NCBI GenBank assembly: GCA_029261035.1
Contig: JAJDCD010000025.1
Span: 130,926-194,925, forward strand
Length of the DNA stretch: 64,000 nt
DNA from: Candidatus Omnitrophota bacterium
GTDB lineage: Bacteria > Omnitrophota > Omnitrophia > Omnitrophales > JACROU01
Reading direction: 5' to 3'
Part shown: piece by piece, positions 1 through 7,865 of the stretch
Layout of the letters: the number at the start of each line of letters is the position of its first letter
Position numbering within the stretch: position 1 is the stretch's first letter
Notes under the pieces: model-generated
The model's input: only the letters and a program-made list of their open reading frames with translations
What the model was told of the DNA's origin: nothing
The model's database searches: none
Program-made: the position numbers and the translations under genes

Positions 1-4
1 AAAA

Positions 5-36
5 CCCTGGATCCCCGATCAAGTCGGGGATGACAA
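5..36. repeat. R1 palindromic repeat copy 1 (ccctggATCCCCGA-loop-TCGGGGATgacaa)
   Basis: 8-bp stem atccccga/tcggggat with a 5-nt loop, followed by tgacaa. Near-identical copies at 78-115 and 1945-1979, and a degenerate copy at 1878-1913. Confidence 0.7.
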
Positions 37-77
37 TGGTAATGGGGACAGGCACTCCGTTCAGGATGACAAACAAA

Positions 78-115
78 CCCTGGATCCCCGACAAAAACAT
101 TCGGGGATGACAAAC
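78..115. repeat. R1 palindromic repeat copy 2
   Basis: ccctggatccccgacaaaaacattcggggatgacaaac, almost identical to the 1945-1979 copy. Loop is caaaaacat versus cacaaacat. Confidence 0.75.
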
Positions 116-126
116 TTTTAACCTTC

Positions 127-1779
127 TTACATATTTCCATACCGAGGCCCTCCTGATTCTGGAGTTTTCCACTGTATTATTTGATATGGATCTTTAACAG
201 CACATGTTTTACAGTGAACACAATTAGAAGGGTTTAATTTTATATCTCCATCCCCTTTTTCGTCCTCAATCCACTCAAATACATTAGCAGGACAAAAATG
301 AATGCACGGATTTCCATACTCGTGATGACATTCTGTTCGACATATGTCCCTATTGGTTATAACAATATGCGACGGTTGATCTTCCTCATGATAAACTCCA
401 GACAAATAGAGATCTGATGTTTTGTTAAATGTCAATTTTGAATCAAAGGAAACGATTTCGGGTTGCTGTTTTTTCTTATAATACTGATAATCCTTTTTAT
501 TTTTATAACGATTCAAAAAACCTCTTCCTCCTAAAAGCATTTGTGCAGATAAATGAAGCACCCCTTTGAATAATCCTTTCTGAAAAGCTTGTCTAAAATT
601 TCTAAACTTCCAAAGTTCTTCCTTAGCCCAACTCGACTCGAACTTCTGTTGATAGTGAGACAACATTTTCTCTGATGTGTCTGATTGAAGCAAAGACTCA
701 AAAATTGTTTCAGCTGCCATCATTCCAGATTTAATCGCCAAATGAATCCCTTTAAGTCGTCCTGAGTTTAAGAAACCTCCACTTTCTCCTATCAGCAAAA
801 AACCATCCCCATAAAGGCGTGGCATCGCATAATAACCTCCTTCAAAAATCGATTTTGCTCCATAACTCACCAATGTCGCATTCGACAACAACTCCTTTAT
901 ATATGGATGCGTTTTGTATTTCTGTAAAAGCTGATGCGCATCCAACTGAGGGTTGTCATAATCCAAACCTAAAACAAACCCTATAGAAATAAAATGATCT
1001 TCCATGTGATAAATCCACCCCCCTCCAAATTGGTTTGTTTTTAAGGGATAGCCTAAAGTGTGGACCACTTTACCGGACTGATGTTTCAAAGAAAAAACCT
1101 TCCAAATCTCTTTCACCCCCAAGGCATATTGAGCTTCATTCTTTCCTTTTCTAAGATCCAGTTTATTGATAACCGATTCTGAAAGATTTCCAAAAGCACC
1201 TTCTCCAAATACCGTTACTTTTGATTTAATTTTAAAACCTTCTTGAAAGTTAGATTTCTTCTCTCCAGTTCGTGAGAGGCCTTTTGCTGCCGTTTGTATT
1301 CCAATAACCTTATCCCCTTCAAATAAAACTTCTGCTCCCGGAGTATTCAGGAACAGGTCGACCCCTTGTTGTTGAACTTTATCGCCTAACCACTGAACAA
1401 GCCTTCCTAAAGATAAAATGGAATAGCCTCTATTTTCCAAAAAATATGGCGTCCAAGGAAAGCTCCAAGCCTTCTGTTTTGTAAGGTAGCAAAAATCGTT
1501 TTTTGTTACGGGGACTCCGGTCGGAGCTTGTTGCGTTTGAAAGTCTGGAATCAATTCTTTTAAAGCTTTAGGATCCATAACCGCGCCAGATAGAATGTGT
1601 CCTCCAAGATCTGCAGATTTTTCTAAAATTCCAATAGTTATGTTTTCTAAAGGTTGGGAAGAATTTAATGTATTGTAGTTTTGAATGAGTTTGGATAAAT
1701 GATAGGCGCTGGCAAGAGATGCCGGGCCTGCACCTACATAAAGAATGTCTAGCTCTAATGCTTCCATCGACTCAGACAT
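127..1779 (-). CDS. Electron-transfer flavoprotein-ubiquinone oxidoreductase (ETF-QO)
   Basis: 550 aa. N-terminal FAD fold GAGPASLASAY. C-terminal 4Fe-4S ferredoxin motif CIHFCPANVFEW...CVHCKTCAVKDP, typical of ETF dehydrogenase. Confidence 0.8.
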   Translation of the reverse strand: MSESMEALELDILYVGAGPASLASAYHLSKLIQNYNTLNSSQPLENITIGILEKSADLGGHILSGAVMDPKALKELIPDFQTQQAPTGVPVTKNDFCYLTKQKAWSFPWTPYFLENRGYSILSLGRLVQWLGDKVQQQGVDLFLNTPGAEVLFEGDKVIGIQTAAKGLSRTGEKKSNFQEGFKIKSKVTVFGEGAFGNLSESVINKLDLRKGKNEAQYALGVKEIWKVFSLKHQSGKVVHTLGYPLKTNQFGGGWIYHMEDHFISIGFVLGLDYDNPQLDAHQLLQKYKTHPYIKELLSNATLVSYGAKSIFEGGYYAMPRLYGDGFLLIGESGGFLNSGRLKGIHLAIKSGMMAAETIFESLLQSDTSEKMLSHYQQKFESSWAKEELWKFRNFRQAFQKGLFKGVLHLSAQMLLGGRGFLNRYKNKKDYQYYKKKQQPEIVSFDSKLTFNKTSDLYLSGVYHEEDQPSHIVITNRDICRTECHHEYGNPCIHFCPANVFEWIEDEKGDGDIKLNPSNCVHCKTCAVKDPYQIIQWKTPESGGPRYGNM

Positions 1780-1877
1780 AACATCACCTCAAAAGTCATT
1801 GCGAACGAAGTGAAGCAATCTCATGAGATCTCCATGCTCCTTATAGGAGCTCGCGATGACCATTGTCTTAGGCAAAG

Positions 1878-1913
1878 TGTCATTCCCGAAATCTTTAGTC
1901 GGGAATCCATAAC
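1878..1913. repeat. R1-like degenerate palindromic repeat
   Basis: tcATTCCCGAaatctttagTCGGGAATccataac. Same stem as R1 with one substitution. Confidence 0.5.
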
Positions 1914-1944
1914 ACTTATGTATTACCGCACCTTTTGCCAAAAA

Positions 1945-1979
1945 CCTGGATCCCCGACACAAACATTCGGGGATGACAA
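1945..1979. repeat. R1 palindromic repeat copy 3
   Basis: cctggatccccgacacaaacattcggggatgacaa, in direct orientation with copies 1 and 2 on the other side of the ETF-QO gene. Confidence 0.75.
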
Positions 1980-1997
1980 TAGGTCGGCCCTCCTACT

Positions 1998-2029
1998 CGC
2001 TTCACTCTTCACGACTCACGCTTCACGAG
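1998..2029. repeat. Tandem heptanucleotide repeats (CTTCACG-like x4)
   Basis: cgcttcact cttcacg actcacg cttcacg ag, in the spacer between the aminotransferase stop and the ETF-QO start. Confidence 0.5.
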
Positions 2030-2048
2030 ATATTCAGTCTTGAATATC

Positions 2049-3167
2049 TCACAATAAGTATAACAGTCGATCTATATCTTTCTCATTATTGTAAAAGTGT
2101 GGGGCTACGCGTAAACCACCGCCTCTTGGAATGGAAAATATTTTTTCTTTAAATAAAGTTATAGCAGCTTTTTCTGGGTCAGACACTTTAAGAATCACAA
2201 TACCTGAACGATACTCTGGTTCTATGGGTGACAAAGCAGGGATGTTCTTCTTTTGAGCTTGCTCAATGAGATAGTCGGTGAGAAAAAGAATGCGTTCTTG
2301 AATCTCTTTTTTTCCAATAGAATCAAAATAAGAACAGGCGGCACCTAAACTAAAATAGCTTGGAAATGAAGGGCCTCCATATTCAAATCGCGAACAATTA
2401 GGATTCAAAACCGTATTCTTATTATCATATCGATCCGGATCATCCACGCTACGCCATCCAGCAAAAGATGGTTTTTTGCTTTCCAAAAGTCCTTTTCGAA
2501 TATACAAAACACCCCCTCCATAACCAGCCATCATCCACTTATAACTATTCCCCGTCATGCAATCAACGCCCATTGCTTTAACATCGATTGGGAAAGCCCC
2601 TAAAGCTTGAGAGCAGTTAACCACAAAATGTGCTTCCCGTTCTTTGGCTATTTCTGAAAGAGCTTTTAGGTCTTGTCTAAAACCTGTAGCGTATTGAACA
2701 TAACTGGAAAGAATCGTTTTAATCGAAGAGCTCCACTTCTCTTTAAAAAGTTTAGGAAGCGTTTTATTGTCTTCAGAAGATAAAAAATGCACCTTTTCCG
2801 TTTGATGAAGCCAAGGCACTGTTGAAGCGGGAAATTCCATATCGCTCATCATAACTTCCCCATCACTTTTTAGAAGATCGACAATTAAATTCATCCCCTC
2901 AGAAGTACTATGCACAAAAGCAACTTCCTCAGGGTCTGCATTGATGAATTGAGCTACATTCCTTCGAGCTTCTTCTTTGCGCTCGAGCCACTCATCCCAA
3001 ACAAAATCTCCTTGATTCAAAGACTCCTGCCAATACCCAGAAGCCGCCTCAAAAGCAGGACGAGACACTAACCCTCCAGCAGCATGATCCAAATAAACAT
3101 AATCTTTCACACTAGGAAAATCCTCTTGTCTTAATTTACCCCAATCAATCATAATACCTCCCCTCAA
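2049..3167 (-). CDS. Class V aminotransferase / cysteine desulfurase-like PLP enzyme
   Basis: 372 aa with a PLP-fold region SSYVQYATGF...CSQALGAFPIDVKAMGVDCMTGNSYKWMMAGYGGGVLYIRKG. The track start at 3167 is TTG. An ATG at 3152 (MIDWGKL) preceded by gaggggagg is the more likely start. Confidence 0.7.
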   Translation of the reverse strand: MRGGIMIDWGKLRQEDFPSVKDYVYLDHAAGGLVSRPAFEAASGYWQESLNQGDFVWDEWLERKEEARRNVAQFINADPEEVAFVHSTSEGMNLIVDLLKSDGEVMMSDMEFPASTVPWLHQTEKVHFLSSEDNKTLPKLFKEKWSSSIKTILSSYVQYATGFRQDLKALSEIAKEREAHFVVNCSQALGAFPIDVKAMGVDCMTGNSYKWMMAGYGGGVLYIRKGLLESKKPSFAGWRSVDDPDRYDNKNTVLNPNCSRFEYGGPSFPSYFSLGAACSYFDSIGKKEIQERILFLTDYLIEQAQKKNIPALSPIEPEYRSGIVILKVSDPEKAAITLFKEKIFSIPRGGGLRVAPHFYNNEKDIDRLLYLL

Positions 3168-3192
3168 AAAGCATCGTCACACATGTGACGAT
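3163..3192 (-). terminator. Palindrome atcgtcacacatgtgacgat plus U-run (minus-strand terminator/attenuator-like)
   Basis: On the minus strand the 9-bp stem is followed by gcuuuuu. It lies directly 5' of the aminotransferase RBS and 3' of the SpoU gene. A paralogous palindrome sits at 62683-62704. Confidence 0.4.
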
Positions 3193-3204
3193 ACAATATA
3201 CCTA

Positions 3205-3237
3205 GGCAAAATAAGTGCTCGATGCACTTCTTTTGCC
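3205..3237. repeat. R2 hairpin repeat (ggcaaaatAAGTGCtcgatGCACTTcttttgcc)
   Basis: 14-bp stem with 1 mismatch and a 5-nt loop. The core aaaataagtgctcgatgcactt is also at 9189-9225 and 62823-62860, and degenerate at 27339-27368. Confidence 0.75.
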
Positions 3238-3279
3238 AACCTCTCAACACTCACACTAATTTTATACCTCACAGAAAAA

Positions 3280-3352
3280 GATTGTTTTCCCGCCGCGAGT
3301 TCACAAAAATCGTATTGTATTTTTGTGCTGTCTGAGCGCCGGGAATACAATC
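3280..3352. repeat. R3 structured repeat (outer stem + GCGAGTTcacaaaa-loop-ttttgtgcTGTCTGAGC)
   Basis: gattgttttcccgccGCGAGTTcacaaaa atcgtattgtattt ttttgtgcTGTCTGAGCgccgggaatacaatc. Paralogues at 9258-9336, 27421-27492 and 62899-63000 have different loops and compensatory outer stems. Confidence 0.75.
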
Positions 3353-3375
3353 TTTTCCGACCCACCTACCTAAAA

Positions 3376-3903
3376 TTACCCTCTCCCACCCCACTGTCTC
3401 AACAACTCATAAACAATAATCGAAGTAGCCGTAGAAACATTCAAAGAATTCTTCTCACCCCGCATAGGAATCTCAATCGCCCGATCCGCATACTTCATCA
3501 ATCTCTCATCAACCCCATTCACCTCATTCCCAACAACTAAACAAAGAGGATAAGGGTATTCCACATCCCAATACACTTGAGATTCTTCAATGTGCTCTAA
3601 CACCACTATGTGATATCCCGATCGAGTTAACGATTCTAACGCACGGGAGGCATCTACATGATACTCCCAAGGAACCGTCTTCTCCGCACCCAAAGCCGTT
3701 TTACCTACTTTAGGGTTATCCGGAGTGGAAGTAATTCCCGCTAAAATAATTTTTTCCAATCCAGCACCATCCGCAAGACGAAACAAACTTCCCACGTTGT
3801 AAGAACTTCTAATATTATCTAGAAGTAAACAGACAGGCAAACACTCTAATTCCGAATTATTTTTCCTTAATTCTAATATTTCTTGATGACTCAACTTTTT
3901 CAT
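3376..3903 (-). CDS. SpoU/TrmH-family RNA 2'-O-methyltransferase
   Basis: 175 aa carrying SpoU motifs LCLVVGNEVNGVDERL and IPMRGEKNSLNVSTATSIIVYEL. Confidence 0.7.
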   Translation of the reverse strand: MKKLSHQEILELRKNNSELECLPVCLLLDNIRSSYNVGSLFRLADGAGLEKIILAGITSTPDNPKVGKTALGAEKTVPWEYHVDASRALESLTRSGYHIVVLEHIEESQVYWDVEYPYPLCLVVGNEVNGVDERLMKYADRAIEIPMRGEKNSLNVSTATSIIVYELLRQWGGRG

Positions 3904-3910
3904 CGTTATA

Positions 3911-4360
3911 ATGGCACCTTACTTCATTAGGAGAGCAATTAATATGTTTAAAAACCCAACAATGCATTCTAAACCAGATTTCTGGCTTAACTTACCCGGA
4001 ATTGTAACAAAACTGGCTATTCTGCCCTTATCTATTTTTTTAGGCCTAATTCCCTCTATTATCTCCGGAGTACTTACAGCGTGCATTATATGTCTTTTTA
4101 GGCATATCTCTTACAAAGAATCTTTTTACAAGATTCTCAAAGGAATTTCAGAACCTACATACTTTTTTATGCTATCAGGAATTTTATGTATTTATTTCTA
4201 TATGAATACAAATTGGCAGGGGTTAATACTTATAGTAACAAACTTATTTATAGGAGAGCAGCTTTGGAATAAATTGCCTTTATGGCTTGAAAACTACTAT
4301 TGTGAGAAGGTAAATAAAACATCAAGTGTCGATCACATAAACCAAAAAATCAAAAGTTAA
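3911..4360 (+). CDS. Hypothetical membrane protein
   Basis: 149 aa with 3-4 predicted hydrophobic helices. No recognisable family. Confidence 0.3.
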   Translation: MAPYFIRRAINMFKNPTMHSKPDFWLNLPGIVTKLAILPLSIFLGLIPSIISGVLTACIICLFRHISYKESFYKILKGISEPTYFFMLSGILCIYFYMNTNWQGLILIVTNLFIGEQLWNKLPLWLENYYCEKVNKTSSVDHINQKIKS

Positions 4361-4842
4361 AAATCTTCATCATCCTCAAAACGTCCAGACAGTGTCGCCC
4401 CCCAAGTTCTACGGCCTCCATCAACAAGGTTGGGGTCCTCTTTGGTTGTTCCCCAATTAGAATTATCAACAGTTTCTGTTGTAGAGTAATCTTCCTTCTT
4501 ACGTCTTCCTGGTTTTTTGAAATCTCTTTCTGTCATTTTTTCTTCTAAAAGTTTCTCATCCACCTGCAAAGGTTGATCTACATTTCTCTTACGTCCTCTA
4601 GTTTTCTTTTCTGTAACTTCCTTTACCTTCACTTTATTAACAGATACAGTTTTCTTAACCCCTTTCGAAGAAGTTTTCTTCTTAGACAGAGAGGTCTTCT
4701 TTTCAACCTTTTTCTTAGCAATTTTTTTCTTGGAAGCCTTGGGTTTAACGACAGATCTCTTCTTAGAAGCCTTTTTCTTAACAGCTTTTTTCTTTCTTAC
4801 AGGGGAAGACTTTGCTTTTTTTTTCTTAGCCATAAAGATCAC
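4357..4842 (-). CDS. Lysine-rich basic (histone H1-like) protein with an acidic C-terminal tail
   Basis: 161 aa. The N-terminal ~70 aa are K-rich (KKKASKKRSVVKPKASKKKIAKKK). The C-terminus ends ...GRFEDDEDF. Confidence 0.5.
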   Translation of the reverse strand: MIFMAKKKKAKSSPVRKKKAVKKKASKKRSVVKPKASKKKIAKKKVEKKTSLSKKKTSSKGVKKTVSVNKVKVKEVTEKKTRGRKRNVDQPLQVDEKLLEEKMTERDFKKPGRRKKEDYSTTETVDNSNWGTTKEDPNLVDGGRRTWGATLSGRFEDDEDF

Positions 4843-4878
4843 CTCTTATGCGGATATCTCAATATAAGTATAAATAGA

Positions 4879-4914
4879 AAAGGATATGGAGCCTTTAAAA
4901 ACCCCATATCCTTT
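4879..4914 (-). terminator. Rho-independent terminator of the Hc2-like gene
   Basis: Perfect 11-bp stem aaaggatatgg/ccatatccttt followed on the minus strand by a U-rich tract (ucuauuuauacuua). It lies 3' of the stop at 4963. Confidence 0.5.
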
Positions 4915-4962
4915 ATAAAAAACCCAACAAGCGATTGATTTATTAATAAGCAAATCCGTTTA

Positions 4963-5184
4963 TTATTTTCTTTTCTTTTTTGTAGCTTTTTTCTTTGCTT
5001 TTTTCTTAGCTGGCTTTTTCTTAGCAGCTTTTTTCTTTGCTTTCTTTTTTGCTTTTTTCTTAGCAGCCTTTTTCTTAGCAGCCTTTTTCTTTGCTTTTTT
5101 CTTAGCTGGTTTTCTTGCTACTTTTCTTTTCTTAGTAGCTTTTTTCTTACCAGCTTTTTTCTTTGCTTTTTTCTTTGCAGCCAT
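4963..5184 (-). CDS. Histone H1-like / Hc2-like lysine-alanine repeat DNA-binding protein
   Basis: 73 aa made almost entirely of AKKKA/KKAAK pentapeptide repeats. The DNA is a tandem ~15-nt repeat (gcttttttcttagca). Composition matches chlamydial Hc2 / AlgP-type histone-like proteins. Confidence 0.7.
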   Translation of the reverse strand: MAAKKKAKKKAGKKKATKKRKVARKPAKKKAKKKAAKKKAAKKKAKKKAKKKAAKKKPAKKKAKKKATKKKRK

Positions 5185-5610
5185 TGTTAACTCCTTCCCT
5201 CATCCTGAGGTTAAGTTAATGAACCTACTATTAATGAATCATCGCTTTATTAGGTTTAGTTTTCAAAAAACATTTACTTTCGACTTTACTCTCAAAAATG
5301 CGAGATATTCTACTTCGAAAGTTTGTACTCTTATTAACGGAATAATATATCTATTCCTTTATAAAATATTTTACCACTTCATTCTAGTGAATTACAAGTA
5401 TTAATCGCATTTTTTTAAAAAAAGATTATTTATTTTTTTGCGAGAGAAATTATTTTTGTTTAAATTAAAAATATTTTTTTGAATTTTAGTTTTAAAATTT
5501 GTTTTTTCTCTTTTTTTTTCATAGCATTTTAAACTTTTGGTTTTAATTTTTATCAGCGTATTAAAAAATAAAACATTAGATTAACTCTCTCTACCCTATA
5601 ACAATGTGAG
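5185..5610. promoter_or_regulatory. Very AT-rich 425-bp divergent intergenic region
   Basis: Long A/T tracts lie between the Hc2-like gene on the minus strand and the lipoprotein gene on the plus strand. This is probably promoter DNA. Confidence 0.35.
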
Positions 5611-6135
5611 ATGAACCTTTTGCTGCTATTATCAATAGTGAAAGGCAGGCAAAATATGAAGTATCTTTGTTCTATTTTTACCCTTATTTTCTTATTGTCT
5701 GGATGTATGAGCGCAGAAGAGCGCTTCCCTCCTGGGGCACGTGTTGAAGTAACTCAATGGGAATTACTCCAATCTTCCGATGGGACTCAAACCTTAAGAG
5801 GAATAGTAACAAACCATAGTCATTACTTGATTTACGACCTGGTTTTAGTGACCCAACTTATAAAAGAAGAAGAATTTAAAGCAGAATTAAAAACGGAGTT
5901 AAAACCTTTATTCCCTAATACTCAAACCCCTTTTGAACTTATCTTAAGCCCTGAGATAGAAGGCGTCGTTCCACAGTTTTTTTACCAATTTCAATACACA
6001 CGAGAAGAAGAGTTTTGGGACTATCGATACAATAAAAAATTTGGTGGACGTTCTTCTTATTTTAACCCCTCTTTTCGAGCTGGTTATTACCGACACCCCA
6101 CCAGAGATTACATCGATAGCAAAAATCTAAAATAA
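5611..6135 (+). CDS. Putative lipoprotein
   Basis: Signal peptide with lipobox LLSGC. The internal start MKYLC at ~5656 is more likely. No family recognised. Confidence 0.45.
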   Translation: MNLLLLLSIVKGRQNMKYLCSIFTLIFLLSGCMSAEERFPPGARVEVTQWELLQSSDGTQTLRGIVTNHSHYLIYDLVLVTQLIKEEEFKAELKTELKPLFPNTQTPFELILSPEIEGVVPQFFYQFQYTREEEFWDYRYNKKFGGRSSYFNPSFRAGYYRHPTRDYIDSKNLK

Positions 6136-6136
6136 C

Positions 6137-7435
6137 TCACCTCCCTGACCCAAATAAATTAATAACATCACTCCGAATCTTTTTATCCTTATCAAAGTCC
6201 AATAATGCTAATTTTACTGTAAACTCTCCAAACTGATCATTGATGAGATCCATTGCTTTTCTCAACCTTAACTGCTTTTCTGATTCTTTAAGAAACCAAA
6301 GATCCTCCCCCTTACAGGACAAATCGGAAACACTCACCCCTATCAAACGAATTCCTCTCTTAATAAAAGAATGCTCCTTCGTCTTTTTAGAAAAACCCAT
6401 AAATATCTCTAAAGACTCTTTATATATATCTTGTCCATCGTCCATAGCATAGTGACACTTCTTTTGCTTCCCCAAGCTCTTCTTATCACTAAATCGTATT
6501 TTTAAATGGATGGTTCTTCCTTGTAAATTTTGTTTCCGTAAACGTCTGCCTACTCTTTCTGAGAGCCAAAGCAAATACTTTCTAAACTCTCGATAATCAT
6601 AAGTATCTTCTAATAAAGTATACGAGTGTCCTACAGATTTAACTCTATCCTTTGCATCAGCCAAAGCCACAGGAGAATGATCTACCCCCATCCCCATACG
6701 TTTTAATACTGGTCCAATAATACCAAATCTCTCAAAGAGAATATCTTCCGGAAATTGAGCCAATTGACCGCAGGTACGAACACCTAACAAATGAAGCTTA
6801 TCTGTCATATTGGGACCAATACCACACAAGGCATTAATAGGCCTATCTTTTAAAAACCCTTCAACTTTAGGAGAATCAATACGCAAGAGTCCATTAGGCT
6901 TACAATGATCACTGACAAGCTTAGCTAAAAGTTTATTAGGAGCTATTCCAACAGACATCGTAATACCAAAACGCTTCTGAACCCAAGACCTCAAACTGTT
7001 ACCCAAATCTTCCACACAAGGAAAGAAAAACTTGTACGTATCTGTGACATCCATAAAAGCTTCATCAATCGAAAATATCTCTACCTGAGGGGTAAACTCA
7101 GACAACTTCTGAAAAATAATCTGTGAGGTCTCTACATATTTTTGACTATTCGCCGGAACCACAATAGCATGAGGGCATAGTTTTCTTGCCTGAACCAAGC
7201 TCATTCCAGACCCAACCCCATAAGGGCGCGCTTCATAACTCGCAGCACAAACAACCCCTCGAGTCATCGAATGCCCTCCTACCAAAACAGGTTTTCCTCT
7301 ATAATTTGGGTTGGCACTCTGTTCTACAGAAGCAAAAAAAGCATCCATATCGACATGAAATATGATTCTTTCTCTATTGGATATATTTGTTGTTGGAAGT
7401 TGATTGGTAAGATGAACAGATTTACGAGTAAGCAT
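6137..7435 (-). CDS. dinB: DNA polymerase IV (Y-family, DinB)
   Basis: IIFHVDMDAFFASVEQ...KPVLVGG, then the Y-family palm and little-finger pattern. It sits immediately downstream of lexA. Confidence 0.85.
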   Translation of the reverse strand: MLTRKSVHLTNQLPTTNISNRERIIFHVDMDAFFASVEQSANPNYRGKPVLVGGHSMTRGVVCAASYEARPYGVGSGMSLVQARKLCPHAIVVPANSQKYVETSQIIFQKLSEFTPQVEIFSIDEAFMDVTDTYKFFFPCVEDLGNSLRSWVQKRFGITMSVGIAPNKLLAKLVSDHCKPNGLLRIDSPKVEGFLKDRPINALCGIGPNMTDKLHLLGVRTCGQLAQFPEDILFERFGIIGPVLKRMGMGVDHSPVALADAKDRVKSVGHSYTLLEDTYDYREFRKYLLWLSERVGRRLRKQNLQGRTIHLKIRFSDKKSLGKQKKCHYAMDDGQDIYKESLEIFMGFSKKTKEHSFIKRGIRLIGVSVSDLSCKGEDLWFLKESEKQLRLRKAMDLINDQFGEFTVKLALLDFDKDKKIRSDVINLFGSGR

Positions 7436-7445
7436 TGAAACGTTA

Positions 7446-7530
7446 GAAGTCGGAAGTCAGAAGTCGGAAGTCAGAAAAGTTCTGATGTCCGCCTTCTGTC
7501 GTCTGACCTCTGCTTTCTGACCTCAGAGGA
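7446..7530. repeat. Heptad tandem/inverted repeat array (GAAGTCN x4 then TTCTGAC-like units)
   Basis: agaagtcggaagtcagaagtcggaagtcagaa | aag | ttctgatgtccgccttctgtcgtctgacctctgctttctgacc forms an imperfect long hairpin centred on cagaa-aag-ttctg. It lies in the 5' leader of dinB inside the lexA operon. Confidence 0.6.
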
Positions 7531-7536
7531 CAAGGG

Positions 7537-7806
7537 TTATGCAGAATAAGCCATTTGAAATTCTTCGTCATGAGCTTTCTCCAAAGACCAACCTAATGTC
7601 CTGGAGTTAAGACTGACTTCAAACACTCCAGAATCAGCAACGATCTGAAAGAAATAGTGAAGCGACTCCCCTTTCATTTCATGCCACTGGTAAGTTACGG
7701 ACTTCACATGATACTTACGACTCTTCCATATAAACCACACAGGTTGAGTAAGTCCTCTTCTAAAGATAGCTCCAACTTCTATTTTCTCTGCAATTTCTGT
7801 AATCAT
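7537..7806 (-). CDS. Hypothetical 89-aa protein in the lexA-dinB operon
   Basis: Good RBS (ggagagatt-ATG), co-directional with and between lexA and dinB. No recognisable domain. Confidence 0.45.
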   Translation of the reverse strand: MITEIAEKIEVGAIFRRGLTQPVWFIWKSRKYHVKSVTYQWHEMKGESLHYFFQIVADSGVFEVSLNSRTLGWSLEKAHDEEFQMAYSA

Positions 7807-7865
7807 AATCTCTCCATTTGTTTTCCGTTATTGGCTAAGAACCAAAAACATTATTTGTTAATTTT

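Noticed and set aside
1810-2043. 77-aa plus-strand ORF between the ETF-QO and aminotransferase genes
   Set aside because: It is built from R1 repeat and heptad-repeat DNA, has no RBS or domain, and sits antisense in a terminator/repeat spacer. Almost certainly non-coding.
3177-3540. ORFs 3177-3365 (-) and 3325-3540 (+)
   Set aside because: They overlap the R2/R3 structured repeats and the SpoU gene on the other strand. Their sequence is low-complexity and they are a translation artefact of the repeat DNA.
4573-4938. 121-aa plus-strand ORF
   Set aside because: It lies antisense within the lysine-rich gene and is an F/L-rich translation of the complementary poly-K codons.
4963-5184. Possible CRISPR array or simple-sequence artefact at the 15-nt tandem repeat
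   Set aside because: The repeats are contiguous with no spacers, sit in frame inside an ATG-initiated ORF with a terminator downstream, and encode a coherent AKKKA pentapeptide repeat. This is a histone-like gene, not CRISPR.
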